The notes under the pieces were generated by a model. The model was not told the DNA's origin. It did no database searches and was given only the letters and a program-made list of their open reading frames with translations. From positions 524,878 to 588,877 of the forward strand of contig CAZVQU010000002.1 of NCBI GenBank assembly GCA_964629655.1: a stretch of 64,000 nt of DNA. The letters run 5' to 3'. The DNA is from an uncultured Planctomycetia bacterium. GTDB lineage: Bacteria; Omnitrophota; Gorgyraeia; Duberdicusellales; 4484-171. The translations under genes were made by a program, and so were the position numbers. Shown here piece after piece: positions 51,701-63,700 of this stretch. Every line of letters starts with the position of its first letter. Position 1 is the first letter of the stretch.

Positions 51701-54700
51701 AAATGGTTCGAGGACAAATGCTCTCTCTCCTGATAACATCCTTTTTGCCAGATGGTCGGTGAAACATCCTATTTTCTGTGCCTCCCCGAATCGCCGGAGA
51801 AACAGCCCCTTCTGGAATATTGACTTTACGAGGAACCTTCTTTAGTGTCATTATTACCAACTTTTCTGACCTTAGCTTTTCTACTGATACATGGTTATCA
51901 ATTCTCCAGTGTTTAGACCTATGATGGCCTCTCCTTTTTCGTTCTCTCCTACCCATAACCCTAGAAAGCTCGAATTTTTTAATACTATCTATTGCTAATG
52001 TTCTAGAATCGTTCAAGCTAGCAAGTACGGTTTTGATCTGACGTCCAGTTATATAAATGACAGAAAGAGCATTTATATTGTCAGGATTAAGGTACATATG
52101 TACTTCTTTGATAAATCTTTCTAGCGTGCAGTATTCTGGATCGTAAAAAGCATGGTCCAGGCTGCTAATTGAATCGGATTTCGGTTCATTCCAATGCTCA
52201 AACCAAGGAGGAGAGAATGTAATCTTATCGAAAACTATACCTGGGCTTATTTTTTCGAATAAATCTGATTCTATTACATCGGACACTAATCCAAACTCTC
52301 TATAATTTTCCCTGGCCAAATTGACTGCTTCCGGATTAATATCTACACCGAGTACATAAGATCGCCCTAATTGATAAGCCTTTATTCCTATGATTCCACT
52401 GCCTGTACCCATATCTAAAACTCTATCACCGGGCCCAATAATATTCTCCAACTCCCAGGCGAGTAATTCACCCATCTGGACATTATGGTAGTGCGGATCC
52501 AAGACTGCTGGACTTACCCATAGTCGTCCCCCGATAACGGGGATATATTTTCTCTTCCAGCCGTTGAGAGAATCAACCAGCGAGCTAGAACTAGTAATTT
52601 TATCTTTGATCACATTTTCCAAGCGTGTTCTCCAATTAGCAGCCTGGATATTGACAAAGTAAGGTAGTTCTCCAAAAACCTTCTGATCTTTATTGTCTCC
52701 AATAATAATGGTATCACCTTGCAATGATAGTTCTTTATCTCTTGCGATAAATACATCTGATAACGTTTGACCGCTAAAGTAGTCCTGGCTATCCAATTCA
52801 AAGTAATTTGCCATTATAACTTCAAATTGCCCTTGAGTTAAAATACCCTCTTCTTGTATTCTTTCAAGGTACGCCTCAATAACTTCTCCAACACCAACAG
52901 AACATATACCGAAAACGCAGTCAGGATTATGCTCGAGAATTATTCGCACAGCCTCATGGAACTCCGGATTCGGTTTAATGCGAATGACTATCTCATCAAG
53001 ATGTATTTCTCTTAAAAGCATCCTGTAAAACGTAGCTTTATTTCCTGATGTTGGGAATCTGTTAGAGTAAAGCCTCAAAGCAGCCAACTTTACAGTATCA
53101 GCTGCAAGCATGATAGAATAATAGATTTTACCTATTGGGCTTGCTTCCTCTATCCTCTCAAACCGCAGCGCAAAAAATGCTCCTGTAAAAGCTCTAGAAA
53201 TATAGGCCATTGTTTGATCGAAATCAACGACGACGCCCTTAAAGCCACGAAAGCGCTCCTTAACTAACTTTCTTGTAAGCGTTCCTTTCCTAGTACACAC
53301 CGATGAGCTGGAATAAGATTGAACGGAAATTCTTTCAGATTCACTTAGTATCTGCCGCAATGAATTCTTAATATTCCTCGCTTCATCTTTATGCCCCCTG
53401 CGCCAAGGAATGATATTTCTATATGAACCCGGCCTATAAGAGATTATTTTAGGCTTATACCGTAAAACACGCTCCAAAGAAGCATTAAGCGTAGCCTGGC
53501 CCTGATCGCTCCAAAACTTGGCTAAGGAATGCTCAAGCGCAGATAAGCTTAAACCGCTTTCCGCCTTGTGCTTGCTGACAATGGCTTTCGTAATATATTG
53601 GATAATTTTCGCTACTTCATAAATCTCACGGATTCTCGCAAAACCATATTCAATATGCATATACTCTTGGCCAGAGATGGAAACGTTTTTCGCCCTATTT
53701 TTACGGATTGAAGCTACTTTGACCCCATTTTGTATGCCATCATTACTGATAAAAGCTATTACTGCGGCTAACATTAATTTCGATGCCTCTTTCTTAACAC
53801 CCCATTCATGAAATCGATCCCAATCTTTTCTAGGTATTCCTAAATTAAACTGTACTGAGTGAGTATCGCTATTGGGAATATTTGTATACTCGAGAACAGT
53901 TTTAGCTAATAAATCGATTTGGGTTCTAAAACTCCAGGATGGACGAAAATTAAATTCTAAATATCCAAAAGGATCTCTATAGAAGGGTAATACGTCAACT
54001 CTCTCCCTAATGGTCTCATCAGAAATCCTGGACAATATATCTTCTTTTGTTTTATACTTTCTGCGTAATTCAAGTTCTCCGCCAATTGGCATTCCCAGCC
54101 TCGCTTCCCTTTGTTCGCACTCTCTCACCACTCTATGGTCTATACCAAAACGTATTGCATCTAATGCGCCTGGCAACATTTCAGCAGGTAACAATCTAAT
54201 TGAAGACGAACTGGTAAACAACGCATCAAGAACTTTTAAATATTCCTGAAGCAACAACTTGTCCGATGGTTGATTCATGAGCCATGCATTTAGCATTCTT
54301 CTTGAGAAAGGATATATCATTGCTTTATGTGCGTATCTGAAGTTTATATCGGTTCTCCAGCACTCCTGGGAATACATGATATGGCGCAGACGCTTAAAAT
54401 TTAGTCCACAGGCCCCAAACCGATGGGCAAAGCTCATCTTGATTTCATCCATAAGCCCACTTACCATATCCCTCTCCTCTACTCCAAGTTCTCTGTTAAC
54501 TGCAAGCATGGCGTCCACATCGGATTCTAAATCGCTTGCTTGATGAATTGTAGACCCTAAGATAAACGAACTATTCTTATCGAATAACCCCGGAATGATA
54601 TCATCTGTCGCGCGTAAAACAGCTATTAAAGCAATTATGTTACGCAATGATTCTCGGCAGTACGGTTCTTGTTTGTCAATACCTCTTCTCCCTCTTTTTG

Positions 54701-57700
54701 AATCTTGAACCCACTCTATCAAATAAATTTCTCTCTTTTTCCCTGCGTAGCCTATACTCACCGCATTTCGCTTAAGATTATATAAAGCAGTTAACAATTT
54801 ATACTCCAGTTTAAAATACTCATATAAGTCCGGGATAATAAAATTACCTAATCCGCTATTGCCAACCGCCACCGACGAGCTGGAGGATTCTTTATCTTCC
54901 ATAAGTCCTGCTTTATCTTTAGCACAAAATTCCAATAAAATTTCTTTATCTCTGTCTCGTACCGGCGAGCTGGTCTGGTTGTATCTTGAAACATCCGGCA
55001 GACTGTCATGATTGCGGATAGTATAAGTTAAATATCCCCATCTTTCCGGATAATGGCTAATGTAGTGGGAGGTAACCTTTTCAACCTCAAGCCAAGAAAA
55101 TCGTTTAAGATAGGGAGAAATTACCTTATCAAAAAAGCTGAGCGCGTTATCGTCAGCACCGTCATGATCGAAGAATCCACCGAGTAACAACTGACCGCCG
55201 GGAAAATTAGCCAAAAGATCAATAACCTTCTCATTAACCTCCTTGAGGTAAGTCGGACCCAGGTTAGCAAGAATAATCGGCTCATGGATGTCGAACTTTC
55301 CAGCCTCAAAGATTAAACGCGAAAATTCTTTTACTAAATCTAGCTGTATTAACCTGAACGTATGCCCAAGCTGGATACCATTAATGCCAATGCTACGACC
55401 AATATTTACTTTCATTTTTTCAATAGCAAGAACTTTCTCCGCTCCTAGTTTTCTAGCCATTATTTCATGTGTTGCCAGTTGACCATATCCTACCCCTATT
55501 ACGGCTCTACCGGTAAAGTCCATACGCATCATGGCCCTTGCCATACTCAAGCTGGTACCGTGATAATCCCGTCCGCCAAATATGCCCTGCCCGACTTCGC
55601 TATAGTTAACCTCTGTTACAATCAGTAAATGTTTTTTTGCCCTATCTCTTACTTTGAAAGGTAATTCCTTTTTGTGTTGCTCGCGAATGATAAACACTGG
55701 GCCTATCTGAATAACGTTCCACCAGTGAAGCCTTCTTTTAATGGCTCTCTGCAGTACTCGGAATTCTTCTGAGTTAATATCGGCTCCGACTTTCCGCACC
55801 GACGAGCTGGAACTAAAGGATAAGGTTTGTAAGCTTTCTATTAAAGGATTTCCTATATGGTTTTGAGGATTGTCAAGGTAGCGGTAGGTTACATATATAT
55901 AGGTAAACGGTCCGGCTCTGATTTCTATAGTATTGTCTATTTTATCTAAAGTTATTACTATATTTTTGTTTAGGCGAATCCTAAACAGCTTCTGCTTGAG
56001 GACAGTCCTTAACCACCCTTTAAACTGGCCGACTAACTTTAAAAAAAGGGCAGGCGGAAAGACCCCACCAGCCACGGAAGAGGTAACCTTTCCTTGAACC
56101 TGCCCTTTTATACCATTATACCTTTTTAAATTACCGAAAAAGAGAATTTTATTAAATATTTTAAGTAGCGTCCTAGATTGAAATCTAGCTCCAACCGGTG
56201 AGCTACTCTTTGTCTGTGGTTTTTTAACTTTTTTAATTATGCACTTGCGATATGAATGTAACATCTGTTTAAATGTCCTAATTAGAAGCTGGAAATCCTG
56301 ATTAATTTCTTCTTTTTGCCCATTTATATTCTGAACAGCTAGAGCATCTACGCTAAAAAAGTCTGTTCCCTGAACAAAGTCTAAACTTATAAGCCATACT
56401 GAGCCTGCATATAGAATAATCCGATTAGCTATGTACTCTCCTGCTAGTTTTACAAACACTATAATGCAAAGAATTGAAGTTGATAGGATTTCTTTTCTCA
56501 TCGTTTCCATTGAATCAGCAGGCTTATTAGCGTTTGGTTTTTCCACCGGTGAGCTGGAAAGGCCTGAACTGGGAAATAAAACTTCTAATGGCTTAACCTC
56601 GCCCCTTACTTCCTGAATAACTGGCCCCTTATACCCGCGATTAATCAAACTCCCTATATATTTAAGTAATGGTATGGTTCCCTCTGGATGATTGATAGGC
56701 AAGTGGTCATCCATTATGCCCATATTTTGATTGATATGGGTACTGCGCAGCGGTATGCCCGATTTTAGTATGGCCTCTTCTAAAGGACGAGCTTTGTCCA
56801 AGGAGAGATTTGCGTGGGCGATATCAAAAGTAATGCCAAAATACTCTCTCTCCTCAAGGCTCAATTGCTCATAAATCCTTAGAGCTGCAGCTACAAATTC
56901 ATCGTTAGTATGATAAACGCAGCCTTTCAGAAAACTATTGATATCTGAGACAGGATATGGATTATAGCGGCTGTTTTCAAGACCAACAGTAATTTGATTT
57001 CGCGTTGCCTGTTGGATAAAATGGACTATTCCGTCTGTGTCAGAAGGATTGAAAAGATGCAGGGTAATAAGACCCATGCCCAACTCCTTCGCTACCCTTA
57101 AGGTTTGGTCAAAGTGATTTTCATCCTTTAAAGGATCGGGAAAACGAACAGTATTGTTTTTATCCTCAAATTCTAGCCAAGGAGCGTGAACTATTAATTC
57201 CATAGTATTGTCTTTTGCAACATCTCTTATCTTCCTAAGATCTGAATCCTGCAATCCGTTAGGATCAATCACATATACACCATATTGCCAAAGCCGCTTG
57301 CCACTAGAGTCAAGATAAATCTCAACAGCGCCGAATCCTCTCTCCCTTACTTCCTTAATGGTATCTACAATATGTTGAGTTGAATCGTATTCGTGACAAG
57401 ACTTCTTCCAAGGCCAGAACAGTTGAGATGCACCTAAGATGAGTCCGGAGTCTTTCAGCTTAGCTAAAGTTATCGAGCTACCAGAGGCAGTTTTGTCCAC
57501 CGACAGTGGTCTGAAATGAGAGTGAATTTTTTCATCAGCCATGTAGACAAATAAGGCTGAGCTTTCCGGACGTGCAGACAAATACTTTAAATGTTTTTTA
57601 ACCACTTCATGGTCTTTTCGAAAGCAAACAGCTGACAATATTTTATCCAAAAATACTTCTGATCGCTCTGCCCCAAGTTTATTGAGAATCACGCATTCTG

Positions 57701-60700
57701 CAACAATTTGTAAAAACCGCTTCAGTTGCTCTAAATCAACTGTCTGGACTATTAACTCTGTTAACAACTCAAGGTCATCTCTCCTTGGACAATTAAACCA
57801 ATATTGTACTACATCGGTAATCGCTACCGGATCATGTTGCTGGCTTCTCTCTAAGATAGATAAGAACCGTTCATCCTCCCTAGCTTGCTCAAGTACAGCA
57901 AATAAATCAGGATGCAGCGTGAAGTTGATGCTACGCAGATATTGAAAGAAGTATATGAACGCTTCTTCTACCTGTGTAATACCACGCTGCACAAAGTGAT
58001 AAGGCCGGGAAGAAGCGAGGCACGATTCAAGCCAATCAGCAGTACTTATAATCTGCTCAAATAGATCTTCGGCTTTTGGTATATGGTGATTGGAAATCTT
58101 CCCCATGACCTCAGTTAACTGCTCAGGCGATAATTCTAAGCTGTGCTGGGCAACTATTTCCTGGACAATTTCTACTGAATATATCGGGTGGGCCTTGCGT
58201 AAATACTGCAATTGCTGCTTGGGAAGTTCACTCGGAGAATTAATCCAGCAAAGCAAGGTATTTGTTGTTTTACCCAAGTCATGAAATAACGCGCACACCC
58301 TTAAGACCTCTCTTTTAGTGCTAGGGAGAAAAAGTTGCTTTGCTAAGTAATCGGCTAAATCTGCTGTGGTTTGAACATGTAACCAAATATGATACGCACC
58401 GATAGGTAGCAATTCCTGTATAATTTTTTTTGCTCTTTCAAAACGACCCAATTCTGTAATGGACGAGCTGGAGAGAATGGCAGCATGCTGAACATCAGAT
58501 GCTGTACATTCCCTTTGTCTGCTCTTTACTTTTGCCGGTATCTTATTAATCCTGGCTTTGTTCAGCTGACCCTTTTTAATCATTATATATACGGTGTTGG
58601 CTGTTCCGCTAATTGACGAGGAAAATTTTTGCTTTTGTCTCACATAAACACGCCAGCCATAGTTCGATTTGGAAAGCGAAAAATCACTAGACGCCTGCGA
58701 AGCACCGGGCTGCCAGTCAGTTTCCAAATCTTTCCTTATATATTCTCTTATAAAATACTCCCACAACCTCATCTCTTCATTATGGATCTCATCTTTTGTT
58801 GTAAATAAACCAGCCTTGCCATTAAGAAAACTATCAACGTTTCTGTACTCACCTTCATCGATGACCAGAAAACCATCGGCTTTTATATTCTTGGCAATAC
58901 GGGAAAGAAAAATTTTATACCTCTTTAACATCACAAATGATGCTTTCTGATAATAAACGTCGATTTTCTTATCTAAACTCATCTTCTCCATATCTTCCGG
59001 TTTATAGGTAATCGAATAGGTTTTGGAAGCTTGGCCAAAAAATGTCCAATCAAAACGTATAGTTACTGAACCATCTAAGTTGTCAATTACTTTGATATTC
59101 TCAGCACCATCGCTTTTAAACCTATTGACTTCCATACTCTCCAATTCCGCAGCTATTTTTAGCTCAATTTCACGCATTCCGCCCATTATGCCGCCTCCGA
59201 AACCACTATGGAATTTGCCTTGTTTATATTCGTTCTTTATCCCTTGATTGTGGTGAAGCCTATGAGATTGGCTATCTTCATCATATAGTAAACACCATAA
59301 ACGATATGCATTCACACGATTTTGTTCGTAAAAATCTACTTGCCTTGCTCCTGTTGCCAAAATAAAGGTAGACCAATCAGCACCTGCGCATCCATAACCT
59401 CCAATAATATCCATAAACTCAAGGTTAACTATTTTTCTTATGCTTGTATAATAGCCAACCAAGAAAAGGTTTAACAGTCCATTTGCTATGGGCCTATGAT
59501 CAAGACCTAGTTCTCTAGCAATCTCTACTTGAGTACCTATATCCTTAACCTCAATAGTCTCTAATATATACCGAAGATACTGAAGTTCTTTTGAAAACTT
59601 ATCTGAGAGCGGTGAAGAACCAGAAAAAAGCAATTTTCCAGTTACCGTAATCTCCCGATTAACTTCTTTCTTTAGACGGTGTAATTCAAATTCAAGGGAA
59701 TTCGGAGACAAATAAAACACTGTTTTTAAACGAGATCTGGCAGTAATAAGTACCCCGTAACTCTCTTCAAATACTTTCTTCTTCCTAAAAATAACTCCTA
59801 AAGATAAAAGATTGCCCACAAAAATACGTTCAGCAGCAACTATCGTATCTATATCTATATTTGGATACTTGGCTAAAGCATTGTAAGTTACTGAATCAAT
59901 CTTATCGTTTAAAAGCTCCGCGTTAATTTCAGGTATGTCGTTAACGTCCAGTATGAAACGCCTGGTTACCATAGTAACAACAAGCCACTTAGTGATTGCC
60001 AACAGATAGTCTCCACGCTGAGAATCTAGCTCTAATATGCCTGATACTTCCCGGTTATAATCTTCGTCGTAGCCGTTTTCTATATATGCTTCTAAAAGAA
60101 TGACTTTCTCTAAAAGTAAGAATGCATTAGCGGAAAAACAATCTACCTCTCTGTTGACAGCAGAAAGGACACTCCTCCACTGGGCCTTATCAAATCCGGC
60201 TGTAGAAAATATATGCCTTATGCCGCCCTCGGATTTCCGACGGCCCAACATTTCTAAAATAAGCTCTCCTGCCTGTTCATATCTACCGGTTTCGTAGTAA
60301 AAATTAAAGTAGGCTATAATTTCTCGGTAAACACTGATGATCCTTGCCGCATTCCTTGAATCGACTCCGTCCTTTAAATCTGCAATTAGTTTAGGCAACC
60401 TATCTTTTTTTAAAAAATCACAAATCATACTGGATGATGATTCTTCCCAAGAAAGCTCCTCTTTAAATCTATCAGCTACACGAAATGCCCATTGAGGCCT
60501 TGTACTAATAATAGACCTTACCAATTTGTTGATCCTGCTTGCAGGAAGAGCAACATAAAAACCCTTAATCAAAATGAATTTTAATGCCTTTAATAGCCTA
60601 TTATTTGCGACTATGTATGGTTTTAAGTTTGGCGAAGATGACCCTGATATTCTATTTTTTAAACTATTGTCTAAAACTAAATCGTATTCTGGCGTGAAGG

Positions 60701-63700
60701 CATATATTTGATGCAAACCAAGAAGATCTTCTACAGGATCCCCTCTTTCTATTAAATTAATCTCTCTTGTCTTCTGATCAGCCCATATCTTAATCTTTAG
60801 ATCTGCTGAAAAACCATGCTCTTTGATGTATAAGGCTTTATACCCTTCAAGAATTAAAACCTCCACATTTCTATCGTTCATAAATACTCTCAAATCATCC
60901 CGTAGAGTATCCCAATCTATCATGCTCCGCAAATCTCCTTCGAGACGATAATCATCAATAGGCACTACCTGCAAATTTACATATCCGGAAAAAATATGTT
61001 TACAAAAGGTAGTTTTTCCAGCGGCAATATCGCCGTCAACGACTACTAAAATACTGCCCTCTGATTCAATTTTATTACTGTGGCTTTTTATTAATGCATA
61101 TATTTTGTTCTTTGCTTCCTTGGCCGGCACTTTTCGGCCAAAGAACATAGGAATACTGGAAGATGATCTCTTTTTATTTAAAACAGCTGCTTTGTCAAAA
61201 ATCCTATCTACATCAAGAGATTCAAATATTTTCCATAAGTCAGCGGCCGTAAATTGTCCTCCCGAAGCTACGAAAGTCCCGATATCGGGTAAATCTTCTC
61301 GATAATAGCCATGCTCTTTAGATAAAAACTCCGTAGGAACAAATATTCTCTTGTATTCATTACCCTTCCTTAAAATATAAGAATCGTCAAATTTAGAAAT
61401 CATACGCTTTTCAGCAACAAGTATCAAGTCTGCTTCTTTAGCTACGGAAGGAGAGCAGAATTTTCTTTGTCTCCCGTAAAGAAAATCTTCCATAATTCTA
61501 CTGTAAAAACCTTTGGCAATTAAGGATTGCCTCATCTCTTCAATGACAAGAAAGTGAGTTTTGCGGTCAATAGGCGCCGGCTGTCTTGTCCCGCAGGAAT
61601 CTATCTCGATCTCTCTGTCCGAAACCTTAAGCCTAAGATAATATTCCAATAAAGCACTCCTGAACATATTCGATGTACATACGGTAAGTATAGACACAGG
61701 CAAAGATACTTCATTTTTTAACATAGACGAGCTGGAGTGAGCTTTGATTGCCTCAGATACCACTTGGCTGAATACATCGGAATGGCTATTCCTGATAAGC
61801 GTGTGTAAAAAATCATGCTCTATTAATTCTGTTTTCCTACCTAACAACGCATCGAAAATATTTGAAAGGATACTCCTAGCATATTCGCTATCTAATGTTT
61901 GATCATCCAAACGAGATATCTTATGCAGGAAGGCTTTTAACTTATCTAAATTCTCCCTATTGATATGGCAATATAACTTCTCTAATAATATAATTCTCTC
62001 TTTTTCTTCGGCTGAAATAATTTCGCCCACAATACTAAGAATATCTTCTGCCTCATCAAGAACCTTTCCTCCCTTTGAATCTATTAATGCTAAGAGCTGT
62101 TCAATCTCAAAAAGCTCTTTATATTCTCCAGCTCTGGATAAAATTCTCCTGGCTTCTTCTTCATCCGGGACATCTTTTAACAACAGCTCCTTAAGCGCTT
62201 CATAATAAAACCATGCGGCGGTAATGTTATTTTTTAAATCCTCATCGGCCTCCTCTTCTGCCAAATTAAACTGTTCTTCTGCCTCTTTATAGAATTTAAG
62301 ATCTGCATAGAGACAAGCAAGTTGATAGTGTAACTTTGCCCTTACAAGAGGGCTCTTCTCCTGGACTATCCTGCGCAAATACTCATCCTTCATTGTGGCA
62401 TAGACCACCTCCACAATCTTTCTTTCGTAAGGCCGAGAAACATAATATGGCATAGTAACTGTCCTGGCATCATCAGATATCGATAGTTCGTGTAAAAGCG
62501 GAAGCCAATTATGCCCATTATCTTCAGTTGAACCAAAGGGTACTGTGGTAAAAGAAATATTCTCATGGATACCGGAAAGGTCTGCTGTGATAAGCCTCAG
62601 GTTTACCTCGCCCTCTGGATTTAGGGGTATATTGCACTTTTCTGCTTCTTGCTGCTCTTTTCTGGTAAGCTTTCTTGCCTCAGGATCATCTGCCTGCAAT
62701 GGATATTCCTGGTCTTCTTTACACTTCTGATGCGAGATGATGCGTGCTGAAAAATCCACCTCTCCATTTGCCTGCCGAACAGCGATTACTCCTTCAGCCG
62801 TACCACCTGCTCCGCCGCAGCCATCCAACTCATTAGCCAAGATAGCATTGACCGGCATCTGGTCGCCATCCCCGATTAAAGAAATCCAGCCGCCACGCCG
62901 GTTGTTGATTTTAAGCTCACCGGTGGTACTTTTAAGTACTTTCTCAAGCCTTAAGGAACCTTTTCTACCCACTCTAGCAAACCCCTCTGCCTCAGTAAAA
63001 AATTCTTTATATTTATCTTCAATATCTTCATATCTAATTTGTAGAGTCTTTAGTGCTTCGTTAATTTCTTTTCGGTGTCTGCCCCTCATAAGCTCAGTCC
63101 ATCTGATACGCCGTATATCTTCATACCTTCTTGCTTCAGCTATTCTTCGAAGGTTCTCTTCCAACGAAAAATCTATATCTACTCCGCTGTTCTTAGGTGC
63201 GAAAATCTTGTATAGATAGCAGGAATCGGGAAGTAAAATATACCCGCCCTCTTGTGCCTTTTGGATAACCAGATACCTGTGTGAGCCTATAGCAACGCAA
63301 GCAACATAACTAGCAAGATACGATTTTCTGGTTACTTCTAACGGATCATTAGCAGAGTCCATTTTGGGAAACGCATTCGGATCAAATAGCCTGGGCAAGC
63401 CATATACCATACCTATGGTAAGAGTGGATGCCTCATCCCGCGCGCCCTCAGCAGCCATATTTGCATTAACAACCGCTGCCAAGTTATACCATACCTCAGT
63501 AATACGCGTGGCTAATCTATCCGCCCATTTGCTAACCGGCTTCCAGTTTTTCGAACTTCTCATCCACACTTCCAGGGCTGCTAAGCCATACCCATGAACA
63601 AGCTCCGCTTCATCACGGTCAATTGCCTGTATTTTTTCTTCAGATAGTCCTCCCTCTCCCTGCCAAAGGATGTGTTTCTCTCTCACCTCCGCTACTCCAT

